DNA from: Lama guanicoe
Taxonomy: Eukaryota
NCBI GenBank assembly: GCA_013239625.1
Contig: MU054212.1
Span: forward strand, 6,174,270 to 6,238,269
Direction of reading: 5' to 3'
Length of the DNA stretch: 64,000 nt
Below are positions 24,101 to 39,100 of the stretch, piece by piece. The translations under genes were made by a program, and so were the position numbers. How positions within the stretch are numbered: position 1 is the first letter of the stretch; each line of letters starts with the position of its first letter. The notes beneath the pieces are model-generated. The model saw only the letters and a program-made list of their open reading frames with translations. It did not search any database and was not told where the DNA came from.

Positions 24101-27100
24101 TCCCCAGTATCTCAATCAGTCAATCCAGTTACTGCCCCTCTCCCCCTCAAAAAACCCAAAACAAAACATGTCATGGAGTGAAAAGAATTAAAATTTTAAA
24201 AAAGTTTAAAAACTCATAGGTTCAAAGAGAGAGAGAGTATAAGAAGGGGACCAGATCTATGGTGGGTTGGTGGGTGGATGGCTAATTAGTCAAAGACCTT
24301 TCCTGAGGAAATGAAATTGTTGCTGAAATTTAAGTGATGGTAGGTGTTAATTTGTGGAGGGCTGTGTTTGTGCATAGAATATTTTGGGGAGAGGAAACAT
24401 TCTGGGCAAAGACCCTGAGGTAGAGGGAGCATACAAGGCCTTGTTTTTCAAGTAAGAAGCATCTTGCCTTCAGCCTCTTAGAGATGTATTTTTTAATGGA
24501 GGTACAGGGATAGAACCCAGCTTGGGCTCTACCATTGAGCTGTTACCCTCCCCCCCCAAAGGTTTATTTATTTTTTAAGCCTTAGTTGCTTCATCTATAA
24601 AATAAAGGAACTTTTAAAACATTTATGTATTAAGAATTCAAGATAATGAATGTAGTTTCTGGAACCCTGCCTAGCACATATTAAGTGCTCAATAAATAAT
24701 TACAGCTTTTTATATAAGTGTCACGTTGCTTTCCACAAAATTGGGCTAACTTGCACAATGACATTAATACTATAAAAGCATATTTGTATTCCATCATCTT
24801 TTTTTGCCAGCTTTTTTTTTTAGCAGTGTTTTGTTAGCTTAATACAGTTCATAATAGTGTCTAGAAGTCACTTTAAAATCTGTTTCTTTAGTTGCAACAA
24901 GGCTGTGTGCATTTTTCCATACTAAACTTTTATATATTAATTTATAATTTTACTATTAAGAGTATGCTCTAGGTACATTTGTAATCATTTCTATGACTAT
25001 GTTTTAATAATAGTCCTTTATAATTTATTGCTTATTTTACATTATTTTCCTATCAGTTTTTTTGGTTTTATATATTATTGTATCTTATACATTCAGATTT
25101 GACATATTTGATTCTTTTTATCTAAATTTATAATGCTGTTCATTTTTTTAGTTTGTTGAATCTTTAGAAGAATAGTTGTCTATTATTAGACCTACCTGGA
25201 ATCTACTGAGATATATGATTGTGCTTTTGAATCTTAATTAATTTACCAATCTTATTTAGTTGACTCAGCATTTCTTAGAGGGCATTCTTCTTCCATTGTT
25301 TCAAAAATCTGTTTAGTATTTTTGGATTTTGATCAGGAGGATAACCAGGTTTATTTGTTTACTTACTGTTAGAGTAAGTAAACACTTACTCTGGTACTGG
25401 GGATTGAACCCAAGACCCTGTGCATGCTAAACATGACACTATACCACTTGAGCTATACCCTCCCTCTATAGTATTTTTGAATTGTTAAAATAATTTGATT
25501 ATTTGAAGAATCTTCACTTTCATAAACTACTTTTGCTATTTTTAGCACAGTATAATATGACTCGTTAAATGTTTTTGGATATAGTATATACACACAGACC
25601 TGCCACAAGATGCATGCACACAATGCTATAAGCCCCATTGGGGTAGGGTTTTTTGTCACTTTTGTTCCTTGTTATATTCCTAGTATCTGTTATGTAGTAA
25701 GTACTTACCATGTATTTATCAAGAGAATATGCATTATAATATATGGGTAAGTTAAACTTTTAATTTTGAGATCATTGTAGATTCACATATAGTTGTAAGA
25801 AATAATACAGAAATTCTATGTACCCTAACCCAATTTCCCCTAGTGGTAGTATCTTGTAAATACAACCAAGATATCTACATGGATAAATATACAGAACATT
25901 TCCATCACCACAAAGGTCCTTCTCATAGCTCTTTAATAGCAACACCCACTTTCCTCTACATCCTGCCCCACCCCTCCTTAGCCCTTGGCACGCGCTAATG
26001 TTCTCATGTTCTGTATTTCTGTAATTTTGTCGTTTCAAGAATGTTAAGTATTGCAGAACTCTGTAAATACAGTAAAAACCACGGAAATGTACACTTTAAA
26101 TGAGTAAATTGTATGGTATGTGAATTATATCTCAATACAGCTGTTACCAAAAAAGGAATGTTATATAATGTTACATAAATGGAATTAAACAATATGTAAC
26201 TTTTTGGGCTTTCTTTTTTCCTTCAGCATAATTCTCTGGAGATTCGGGTTGTCTGTTAGTTCCTCTTATTGCTAAATATACATCCATACGTGTTATGGAT
26301 GTACCACATTTTCATTATCCGTCCATTGAAGGGTGTCTGAAATAGCCAGTTTCTGACTATTACAAATAGAGTTGCCTTAAATATTCAATGTACGGTTTTT
26401 GTGTGAACTTAAGCCTTTGTTCCTCTAGGATAAATGCCCAAGAATGCAATTATTGGGTCATATGATGGTTGCTTGATTTGTTTTTTAAGAAAATGCCAAA
26501 CTATTTTCCACAGTATCTGTACCATTTTGCATTCTCACCAGCACTGTATGAGTGATCATTTCTTTGCATCCTTACCATCATTTCATGTTGTTATTTTAAA
26601 ATTTAAGCCATTTCAATTTGTGTAGTGATATCTCATGATTTTAATTTGTAGTTTACTAATGGCTAGTGATGTTGAACATCTTTTCATGTGCGTATTTCGT
26701 GTCAGTATATCTTCTTAGGTAAAATAGTGTCTCTTTAATGTCTTTTGCCTATGTTTTAATTGATTGTTTGCTTTTTAGCTATTGAGCTTTGAGACTTCTT
26801 TATGTAGTCTAGTTACTTTGTTAGATACATGATTTACACATACTTTTTTCCAATCTTTGATTTGTCTTTTTGTCTTTTTAACAGTCTTTTGCATGGCAAA
26901 CATTTAAAATTTTTATGAAGTCCTCCTTATCAAATTTTCCTTTTATGGAATGTGCTTTTAATGTTGTCTGAGAACTCTGTATGGCTCTGTGTTGTGAATA
27001 TTTTCTCCTATATTTTTCTAAAAGTTTTTCCAAAATGTTTTACATTTAGCTACTGAGCTATACCCCACCCCTGACTTTCAGTTTTTAATTTAAACAATTA

Positions 27101-30100
27101 AACTTATAGATGATGATTTTTGTAACTTTGTAGTATTTATACTTCTAAAGTTATTAAAACTCAAAGTGGTATTCAGAGTTTTGGGACACTAAGGATTTTG
27201 TTGAGTGTTGACTGATTGCTATTCAGAAATATAGTGTACTCACTTCTTTATATCCTTTAGCACTAGTTATTATTATTATTNNNNNNNNNNNNNNNNNNNN
27301 NNNNNNNNNNNNNNNNNNNNNNNNNNNNNNNNNNNNNNNNNNNNNNNNNNNNNNNNNNNNNNNNNNNNNNNNNNNNNNNNNNNNNNNNNNNNNNNNNNNN
27401 NNNNNNNNNNNNNNNNNNNNNNNNNNNNNNNNNNNNNNNNNNNNNNNNNNNNNNNNNNNNNNNNNNNNNNNNNNNNNNNNNNNNNNNNNNNNNNNNNNNN
27501 NNNNNNNNNNNNNNNNNNNNNNNNNNNNNNNNNNNNNNNNNNNNNNNNNNNNNNNNNNNNNNNNNNNNNNNNNNNNNNNNNNNNNNNNNNNNNNNNNNNN
27601 NNNNNNNNNNNNNNNNNNNNNNNNNNNNNNNNNNNNNNNNNNNNNNNNNNNNNNNNNNNNNNNNNNNNNNNNNNNNNNNNNNNNNNNNNNNNNNNNNNNN
27701 NNNNNNNNNNNNNNNNNNNNNNNNNNNNNNNNNNNNNNNNNNNNNNNNNNNNNNNNNNNNNNNNNNNNNNNNNNNNNNNNNNNNNNNNNNNNNNNNNNNN
27801 NNNNNNNNNNNNNNNNNNNNNNNNNNNNNNNNNNNNNNNNNNNNNNNNNNNNNNNNNNNNNNNNNNNNNNNNNNNNNNNNNNNNNNNNNNNNNNNNNNNN
27901 NNNNNAATAATCCTTAAATTTTCAAAATCAATTTGGATGCTGTTCTGTAGGAGACCTGTTCATATTTTATGGAACAACATCTTGAAGTACCTCAATTTGA
28001 GACAAAAGCCGATGTGTGGTCCATTCTCTCATTTTATAAAGGGAGGAAATGGAAGTCCATTGTGGTTAAGTGTGTTGCCTGACATCACACAGCTGCTAAA
28101 TAACACAGTCAGGATGAGATCCAGTCGTTCCTTTGTACCATGCTTCCTCTGATAATGTTATATATTATTTATTTTTCTTATATTATGTTAAAAGTTGTAA
28201 AACAGTCTTTTATATTCCGATCTAGTCCAATCATTAGTCTTCTGCTGAGAAATACATTATGCTTTTTTAAAATTCTAGCCTCATGGACATAGAAATAGCC
28301 TAACTTGTTTAGCATGATTACATATGCATAACTGCTTGTGTTTAATCACCAAAATGAAAAGAATATTTTTTTCAGTAGTTAACATGTCACAAATGTTTGG
28401 TTTAGTTTCTGTAGAAAATGTTTCCTGACTGCAATGAGAGAAAGTGGAATACATTGTCCCCTCTGTCGTGGAAATGTGACGAGAAGAGAGAGAGCGTGTC
28501 CTGAACGGGCCTTAGACCTTGAGAATATCATGAGGAAGTTTTCTGGTAGCTGCAGATGCTGTGCAAAACAGGTAGAGTAAATGTGACATCGTTCTTCTTT
28601 GAAAGTCAAGTTTTTACTCTGAAATTCCTGTTTGACTTTTCTTGATGGGTACTGTATTTAGGTTGGGAACTGGGTAGAAAAGGCCAGAAAAGCTGTGGCT
28701 GTAGATCTTACTAGATTATAAACTTATTGAGAATAGAGACTGGAAGATACAATGTCTGATTTTGCCATAAATTTTAGTGTAGTATTTTTTTTTTCAAAAT
28801 AATCGCTCATTGATTACCTACTAAATGAACTAAATGAACAAACTGGCATTTAACTCACTTAAACCCTATCCTGGTACAGATTCAACCCCCAAGTATTTTT
28901 TTCTTGTGGTAGCATCGTTGCAATTCTGCATGTAGAAATGGACCAGGTGGATTTATGTAGCCACGAGGAATTTTCTAACTGCCTGCTGTGCTTTATTTTA
29001 TGTGTTTATCTAAGAAATTACAAAATATTTGAAGAAGACTTTACTTACTTTTTAAGGAACAAGTGGGAAAATTATGTATTGGCAAATAACTGGCATTAAT
29101 TCTCCAATCTGGATTTTATTCTATCATTTGGAGAGGGAGTGAAATGGTGAGAAGTCGTTAGGCTTTCAAACATCATAGAGTCAATGAGCAAAACCAATTG
29201 CTATTTCATGTATTCACACGAGGCATACCTGCTTTTCCATCTTGTTGAGGGTGATGTTAACTGACAAGGGCAATGAAGTGAAACTGGAAAATACACTTGA
29301 GAGATTCCGGCTCTACCCCTCAGAGAGAAACTGAAAAATGTTCCAAGTGTTAACTTGGGAACTTAGTGTTTTTAAGCACTTCCTAAATTTGTCAGGTTGC
29401 CATAGTTGAGGAATAAAAGGATGCCTAGTGCCATGGGGAAACCTCTTAATACTTTAATTTTTTGTCTATTATTAGTATTTTTTGTTCTAAGTGTAAAATT
29501 ATTTGTTAATTTTCAGTGAGTTTACAGATAGTTGGACTCATCTCCATTGTCTCTGCATTTAATGAATAGAAACTTACCACTTATTTTCAGCTCCTACTCA
29601 AGAACTAAATCATTTACTTAAAAAAACTCTTATTTAAATGGAATATGTAGTTATCTTATTTTTTCCTTTTGTTGACAATATTTCAAGACTTATGAGTTCC
29701 ATTTTAAATTAAAACTTAAAAAAATTTTAATATATTTTTGTGACTTTTTATTATGATAAAATATATATATATGCTATAAAATGTACCATTTTAACTGTTT
29801 TTAAGTACACAATAACAATACAGTGGCGTTAAGTACATTCACAACATTGTGTAATAATCACCACTATCCATTTCCAGAGTTTTTTCATCATCCCAGACAG
29901 AAAGTGTACTACTGGTTAAACTGTAACTTACCGTTACCATGTCCTTTCTAGTAACCTATATTCTACTTTCTGTCTCTATGAGTTTCCCTACTCTGTGTAC
30001 CTCATATAAATAGAATCATGTAATATTTGTTCTTTTGAAAGTCACATTACATTTTAATCAATAATTTACAGATTAAATTTTATCGCATGAGACATCATTA

Positions 30101-33100
30101 CAAATCTTGTAAGAAGTATCAAGATGAGTATGGTGTTTCCTCTATCATTCCAAACTTTCAGATCTCTCAAGATTCAGTAGGGAACAGGTAAGCAATATTT
30201 ATTCTTAAAAAGAAAATTTTTATAGTTGAAATGGAAATTTGGGAGGGACTGTATGATAAGGTGTTTTTGTTTTGTTTATGTGTGTTTGTGTTTTTAAAGT
30301 AAATTGCCTTCATTTATCTTCCTAAGTTTGTTTGATGCATGTAAAATTGCATCTGGGAGATTGATGTTACTTAAAAATCATTCTAAGAAAATTTACATGT
30401 CCGAATAATCCGAATAAAAAAATAGATTTGTGAGTTGAAGGCATTTTCTTTTGCAGCTGAAATTACTTGAAAAACTAGAGAAAATCCCTTCCCATAATGT
30501 ATTTGCAAACTAGAACCTTTTTTACTCTGTAAGGGATAATTGTTTGAAATTTTTATTTTGATAAAATGTCATGTAAAAGTGAGACTTGGTACTACTAAAT
30601 TCTTAGTTCTGTTTTAGTCTCAGTTCTTTTAAAGCTAGATTTTGGCTTGGTTTGTATCTTTTTATCTCAGGTTTATATATATTAAATGTTTTTATTAAAT
30701 GTATTTTACACAGAAGAATGGCCAGAGTACATATGTGTGGCTTAAAAAATAGTGATAAAACAAATACCCAGTTCCCACAAACTAGGTCAAAAAATAGAAT
30801 ATTTTTCAGGACCTCAGAATCTCCTTGTGATCTCATGCCCGTTTGAACCCCATGTTCCCAGAAGTAGCCATTATCCTCTTTTTTGGATTATTCTTTCTTT
30901 AGCTTTCCTTTATAGTATTACCACCAATACATGTATCTCTAAAAAAGGAAATGTTTAATTTTTAAAAAGTTGATAAGGAAGCACACACAAAATTGTGTAA
31001 AGAAAGGCAGCAGTGGCAGTAATATAGAATGGCTCCCAGGAGACAATATGTTAAGCAGTTTCTTAAGATTTTGTTTTAGTAGCATTTCATTTCACATGTT
31101 GCTAATTTTCAGTAATTTAACCACTCTTAAGCACGTATACTGCAGTCAGGCATCTTCTCTACTCTTCAGTTGAATTTGGTAAAGGTCTTTAGTAATTATC
31201 TGATTGCCTAGCCTGCAAAATTCTTTTAAGTTCTTGTTTTATTTGACTCTGTTATTGGATAAAATTGGTTACTCCTATCTTGTGATTTTTTTAAGTTCTC
31301 TTAGATTCATCCCTTGTGCTTTTTTTTTTCATTATTGTCTTGTACTGTATTGAAATTACTCAACAATTTGTTATTAACCCAACAGATTATTCTGAAGTGC
31401 AGGGATGATGTTTGTCTTGTTCAACAACTGTGTCTCCAGCTCTTAGCAAAGTTCCTAGTATACATGATTTGGGCAATCACTGCTTTTTAAATGACTCAGT
31501 TTCTTCTCATGAGACGTGCCTTCTTCCCTCTTACTTCTCAGATCCAATAGGTCATAGGTACTGTTGTTCCCAATAGCAGTATTCCTCATCTGTGCTTTCT
31601 TCTATCCCTGTTGTCACTTCCTCGCTCAAGTCCCCATCTTCTCTGACTTGAATTATTGCAGTATTCTTTTAGTTGGTGGTCCTCCTTCAATCTGTCCTAT
31701 ATACGATTTCCAAAGTGATATTTCAGAAGTGCAATTTTGATCTCTTTTTCCTTGTCCTTATACCTTCCTTTTTGTATCTTGTCAGTGACTTTCTGTTGCT
31801 CCAGAGCAGTGTTTTTCATTCTGAGTTGGGCCAGTCAGAGTTCTGTGAACTACCTAAACTGCCTGATTTTTTTGTGTATACTATATGTGCATTTTTCTGG
31901 AGAGAGGATGTCAAGATTCTCAAGGAGTTCCATGCTCTAATTGAACAACCAGCTTAATAAGACAAAATTACTTAATTATAAAGCCTTTTCTGATCTGGCA
32001 CTTGCCTTTCTTTTTAGCCATTGTATTTCTTGGCTACCCATCGTTGGATCGTATGTCTTAGCCATGTTGAATTATTCCTACCATATCCTTGCCATCCTAG
32101 AGAAACAATATAGCTTAGTTGTTAAAAATGAAGGCTTGGAGCCAGACTGCCTGGGTACCAGGCTCTTTCATTTACTGATTGTATGACTTTGGCAAAAACT
32201 GTACTTTAGTTTTCTCCTTTATTTAAAAGAAGGGAGGGGATAGTGATGATACTATTAATACCTCATTGGGTTGGGAGTCAATATATAGGTAAATACAGGT
32301 AAAGCATATTGAATAGTACCTTACTTGGTAAATGTTAGTTTTTTATCATCATCATCATCATCATCATTTCCTCACCTCCATATTTTCTCCACCATTCCAA
32401 CTCACACTTTGGCAGCTAGTGGATTTTTCCTTCTCTTTGAAGACGTAGACCAAGTACTAGCTATTCTGAAGTCTTTTCTGTTTACTTGTCTTTTTTATCT
32501 AGAATAGGCTCCCTAGTCTTGATCGTGTTTATATCCTATGCAAAATTCTAATTGCGATGGAAAAATTGAGTTTGTATATGAATTTCTGGTAAGGAAATTG
32601 TTGAAGGAGGAAAAGAAGATTTTTTTAAAAAGAGTAGGAAATATAAGATATGAAGGCAGAGTATAGTCAGGATCCTGGGAGGAAACAGATACTGTGCTCA
32701 AATTAGATAATTTGACGAGAACTTAGTGAAGGGACTATTTTTAAAGAGTAGAGTATTGGGTGCACTATGTAAGCAGGGTATAGAAAGTCACAAGGAATAG
32801 TGATATAGTCTGGTCTGTGTAAAGGAGGGGAGGGGAGAAAGTAGACACCAGAACTTGGAGAAAGAAAGCTGTGTGGAGAGGGCAGTTGAAGAGCGATGCA
32901 ACCAGTCAAGGCAGTCTTGCTGGGAATGAGTCTGGGAAATAAGTATCCTGACCTCCCTCTTGTTACTTCCTCTAAATTTCCTGCTGGGCTGAACCCGTCT
33001 AGGAAGTAGAGAAGGGAACCTGTTGATGAAGGTTAGTTTCTCAGTACACAGAGCATGGTGAAAAATAGAAGGACAAGAGAAGATCTAGAGGGACAAAAGA

Positions 33101-36100
33101 TACCCAGATGTACTGTAATATTCCAGACACTGTGCTTCACAGCTTCCAAGTAGTTAGTACAGAGAAGAAAACACCCACTGTTATTAACAGTATCTGTGAT
33201 ACTGTAAACCAAATAGTTCCTAAAGAGAAACACAGCTATTCCTGATACTAAAAGAGAGGGTACTGAAGCTTTGCCCATAGGTCCTTAAAGGAAGAAATGA
33301 ACACAGTAAAAACGTCATCTTTCCTGTGGTTAAACACAGAACGAGTTACATAGGGCTGTACTTCAAAGACTTTCAGTGTAGGCTATTGCAGTGTTTTATT
33401 GCAGTTTATTAAAGCTTTTCTTCCAGGGGCTTTTCTCCGATAATCTGGCTTAATCTAGGTATGGTGGTTCTGTACATTCGGGCAGTTCTCCGTGAATATT
33501 ATTTCTGGCAGTTAAGCTTTTAATAAGCATTCAGTTGGGAGAATTTAGGGTTCTACTCTTTGTCATGTATCTGGGGAGCAGATTTATTTTATATTGCTTA
33601 TTTAGAGCAGGTCCATATATAACTCAATAAAAAAATGTTAAAAAAGAAAGCAGGTCCATATAGTTAATAATAGTTAGCTGAGCAGGATTTGGTGGCATTT
33701 TATGAAAATTCATTGCTTTATTAAAGTCCAGGGACTACCTCAGAGTAGAGCCCATGTTTTCTTAGAATACAGTTCACAGTATTCCCTTATAAATACAAAT
33801 GGGTGATTTAAATTCTGAACTCTGTGGCTATGGAAATTCTTAAAATGGTATTTGCATGTCCCTATCAGTAGTAAAAAAAAAAAAATCAGAATAAAACCCT
33901 TAGATCATTTCATTAATTCAACATACATTTAGTGCGCCTTCTGAACTACTGGGCACACTCTACATGTTAATGAATATACAGGAATGGGTAAGGCATATGC
34001 AGTCCGCTTTTCCATCTGTAAGCACTGTAGCTTCCGGTTGAGTCATCCGAAATAAACCAGCACCAGTTTCAGTCAGATCAGTCAGGGTAAAACTATTTAC
34101 AGTAAACCAATAAATGTTGGTGGATGTTTAATGAAACTGGTATGGGGTAGTTTTTTATAAAAATTATGTAGCAGTGCTGGTTATTTTACTGAGGCCATTT
34201 CTAGTTCATAACAATTAAAATCCTGCTTTTAACATGTAAGACTGTGTCTTTCTGTTTAGCTACTAGGAAAGAGGAGGAGGAGAGGGAGGTTGCATGTAAT
34301 CATTAAGATACCAGAGCACACGTCTGTTTTACCTTCCTTGGAAGTTATTTGATCTGTTTGCAGGCTTTTCATGTAATCTTGACTCTTTATAAACATTAAT
34401 AACTGAATGTCAGTAGGCTCATAACAGTTTAGTCCAAATACAACTCTTCACAAAGACTGAAAGAAAGTTGCAAATAGTTTTATGTTCCTAACAGTTTCTC
34501 CAAGATGTTGAACATTTTAAGTGGCTAAGTAACTGTTTATTAAGAAGTCTGGTGTAAGTATTAGATAAAATGTTTTTTTCCTTACTTACAGGTATTCATG
34601 ATATATTCTGGATAATAATTCTTTATTATGTACAGTACAAATATATTTACATTTTTTCCCAAAGAATTAAAAACAATTTTTTTTGCTGTTTTGTGAAACA
34701 TGTAGACATAGAACTTGAGTTTTTTCTTCATATTTTAAAAAAACTAGAAATGAGATATGCTAGTATTTTAAAAACTGCTTTCTAGAATACCACAGCATAA
34801 AATGACATAGTCATGCACAGTTGTTTTTTTTCTTTTTTTTTTTTTTGAATTGTGGTAAGGATATTTAACATGAGATCTCCCCTCTTAACAGATTTTTAAG
34901 TATATAGTATTGTTTATAGGCACAGTGTTGTACAGCGGATCTCTAGAATTTATCTTGTGTAACTGAAATTTTCTACATGTTGATTAGCAACTCCCATTTC
35001 CCTCTCCCCAGCCCCTGGCAGCCACCATTCTATGCTTTGATTCTGTGAGCTTGACTATTAGGTACCTCATATAAGTGGAATCATGCAGTATGTTTGTCCT
35101 GTAACTGGCTTATTCAACTTAGCATAATGTCTTCAGGGTTCATTTATGTTACCACGTTTGCGGATTTTCTTTTCTTTTAAGATTGGATAATATTCCATTG
35201 CATGTATGTTTTCTTTTTGCACATTTTCTTTGTTCATTCACACCTTTTTCTTTATCCTTTCACAAGATTTTTTCTGTATTTTGGCCATTGTGAATAGTGC
35301 TGCAGTGAACATGGAAGTGCTATTTCTTCAAGATCCGAAGTTCAGTTATTTTTGATAAATACGCAGAAGTGGAATTGCTATATCATATGGTAGTTCTATT
35401 TTTTATTTTTTTGAGGAACTTTCCTATGACTATTTTCCATAGCGGCTGCATCATTTTGCATTCTCACCAGCAGTGTACAAAGGTTCCAGTTTCCCCATAT
35501 CCTCATTTTGTTTTTTTAAGAATAGCTATCATAATAGATGTGAGTTGATATTTCGTTGTCATTTTGATTTACATTTTCCTGATGTAGTGGCATTCAGAGT
35601 CTTTTTATATACCTGTTGGCCATTTGTGTATCATCTTTGGAGAAGTGTCTATTCAAATTTTTAGCCCATTTTGTAGTTGGGTCATTAGTTTCTTTGCTGT
35701 TGAGTTGTAGGAGTTCCTTATGTATTTCAGAGATCTTATGGTTTGCAAATACATTCTTCCATCCCATGTGTTGCCTTTTCACTCTATTGATTGTTTCCAT
35801 TGCTGTGTAGAAGCTTTTTAGTTTGATGCAGTTCCTCCTATTTTTGCTTTCATTGCCTGATTGCAAATATCTTTGATCAGTCTTTGGCTAGTCTTACTGT
35901 GTCTTTTGACATACTGTGGTATTATATATTTATATATATTTTTTATTTATGCTTTTTGCTTTTTGTGTCATGCTTGAGAAATTCTTTCCCACATTATAAA
36001 GTTATAGAAGATATTTTCTTTAACATTTTAAAGCTGTTCTTTCCACATTTATTTTGGATGTATAATGTGAGGTGGGAGGAATTTCCCCCATGTGATAAGC

Positions 36101-39100
36101 ATCTGTCTCAGTGCCATTCATTGAGGTGTCCATTCTTTCCCCACTGATTTATAATGCCATTTTGGTCCTATATGTCTCTATTCTGTTCTATTGCTTCATT
36201 TATTCTCTAGTACCATGCTGTTTTAATTACTGCGACTTTAACAATAGGTCTTAATGTTAGGGAAAATTCTCCCTCTTGTTTTACTTCAAAAATTGTTTCT
36301 GCTATTCTTGGCCCTTTGCTATTCCATATGAATTTTGGTATCAGACTTTTGAGTTTCCCAAAAATTCCTGTAGAGATTTTTATCAGGAGCATTTTAAAAG
36401 TTGAATTTATTGAAATCATAAATTAATTTGGAGAAAATTGCTATCATATGATCCTGATTTTTCCCACCTAGAAATATGGTATCTCTTTCATTAAAAAAAA
36501 AAATGCCTTATGATTGTGCTGTCAGTCAGTGGTATTCCTTTGTCTTTGTTACAAAATGTTATGAACTTTGTCAGTCTTAAAAAGATTTGGCTTACGTAAA
36601 ATGGATGCAGACCAAAAAAAATTTTTTTTGCTGTACTTAGTGGTATAAAATATTTTCATTCTTTAACTTTTATTACTGTTTTCATTGAAAACAGTATTGT
36701 TGACTGTGGTTTCTAAAGTTTCTTAAAATCTTGGTTTAACACAGTGACAGTAATTTAAAGATTTGGATCTAAATTTACTTTACTTTGATACTTGGTCTTG
36801 ATGACTGTCATGGCTGAAAAAGATACCTACATAATATACAAAATATAGATCGAAATGGAAGCTGTCAGAGGTTGAGATTCCTAAATTTTTCAGTCCCATT
36901 CGATAAATATTAAAAAGACTTTTGTTAAAATTGTCATCCTCCCTGATGGTGTTTTAGTTGTTCTTACAAACCAACTGGAAGTTGTTATACTGCTTTATAA
37001 GGGCATGTTCAAACCCAATGGTTGTATTTATTCGGAAGATTTAAAAACTGATTAGAAAAATCTGTTACCATGTTTCAGTGTATAGATAAGAAATTTTAAA
37101 AAACAGATGATACTGTTTTGGTAATAGTCATAATATCCCTTTAATAAATGCACTCTCCATTGTTTGAATTTATTTTAAAAAGCGGTTTTTAGTCTCTACA
37201 TTGTTAAAATATCACTTTACTTGCAGAGACAAGTTATTATCTGACAAAAATGTGCAAAATAATGGTTTAATAGTCTCCTATTTGGGTATGGAATAAGGAA
37301 AGCTTACTTGCATAAAATTACGTGTGGAGACATAGCATTGTCATAGAAGGGAAGTGAGTGTCACTGGTGCACATCTCTTAGGTAGATGATACAGTACTGC
37401 TTGTCTGTAAAAGAAATGAATAATCGATTTTTGTAAAAAAAATGAATAATTGGTTTTTAAGTTTCACAGCTCTTTTAACTCTGGTATTGAGATGTAAGAG
37501 CAAAGCTCTGTGTGGTACAAACTTTCTGTCCATTGCCTATCTCATTTTTATTTTAATGTTTCTGCTATTGGAAGGCCTTGTTATAAAATTGACTACATTG
37601 ATGAAATTCTGTAATGCATAAGTGACAGTCCCCATATGGAATGCCCACTTTTCCCTCAGGATTCCTCTAATGCTGCATACGACATATAATTTTGGCATGG
37701 GGTTCTAGGGAGGACATCAAATTATTCTGTATATTAAATGTTGGAAAGCCTAGTTCCTTTGGGGGAAGTATAAACATAATGAACATTCAAATATTTTCTT
37801 AACCTACTCCATTTTGGAGGCTACAACCTTTAACTGTATCCTAGTTAGAAGTCAAAAAGTTCACAAGTTCTTGGTTCTACCCCAGCATTCAAAAATTAGT
37901 AGTCTGGTTTTAAGTAAAGTAGTCTCTTAATTTGAAAGTCTGAAAGACCTGGGGAAATATTCATGCTGTGGATTTAAGATAATTCTACAAAATTCTGTAT
38001 CCTCTATACTTTTGTTACTGGGCATAAATTAATTTTAAAGGCTGTGAATAAGGACCTCATAAACAATCTTCTTATCAGAATTTATTTGAAAAGTTAATTA
38101 ATGTCATAATTACATCATAGTTCAGAACTACTTGAAGTTCAGGCTTTTCAAACAAATTCAGAGTAGTTGTCTTCATTACAATTTGAGTTAATGAATCTGT
38201 ATTGTGCTTTATTACTTGAGGTATTAACTTGTACCCCTACCCCGTGCTTCTTAAGTAATAGGAGTGAAACATCCACATCTGATAACACAGAAGCTTATCA
38301 AGAGAATACAAGGTAAGCTTTTGAAAATTCTTCTACTTTAGTAAATAATACCTGTCACTTTATAATAATGGATTTTTAAATTAAATTTTTAAAATTCAGT
38401 TAAATCATCAGACAAACTAGAAGTTAGCAGTTTAGAACTAAATGATGCAGTTGCTGCTTTTACAGATCACATTAAATTAGAGGAGTTTAGCTCTCCTCTT
38501 TCACTGTGGTCGGGTTTCTTCCATAAATAATTCAGGTAGAATTGTCAGTATTGAACTGTCCCTTGCTGAAACTCAGAGGTATTAAATCTCAGTGATGCAT
38601 GATCCTCAAAATGTTTTGAGATGTTGATCATTCTGATGATTGATACTTTTGTTTTTCACTTTTCCTATGAATTTTGTATGTTAGATTCCTAGTAACTAGG
38701 ATAATTAAAGATACCATATTGATGGGAATCTTTTAAAAGTTTTAATTTTCTAGATATGCTGTTTGCAAACCTGGGACACCACGGGATATTTAAAAATTTC
38801 AAGGAACATACACTGACATCTGTTGGTTACAGAAATGACTAAATTAAGTTGTTTGACCCTAATTACTTAATAAATAGAACAACCAGGTTTTTTTGTTTGT
38901 TTAGGCCTAGGAACACCATGAAAAAACTTACTGACACTAAGGGTACTGTAAACTGATGCTGTTTGGGAACGTCTGTTGTAGATTATTTATTGAAAACACG
39001 GTTTTTTTCCCCAAATGAGAGAATCTTTGATTAGTCTAATAATTATAACTTTTTAAAAGTAATAGTTCAAAAAATAGGAGAGCATCATTTTCATGTTACG

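Noticed and set aside
27281..27905. A coding exon hidden in the gap
   Set aside because: The RNF138 CDS is complete and in frame without it.
35594..36419. ORFs resembling L1 ORF2 (retrotransposon protein)
   Set aside because: Decayed L1 ORF2 fragments.
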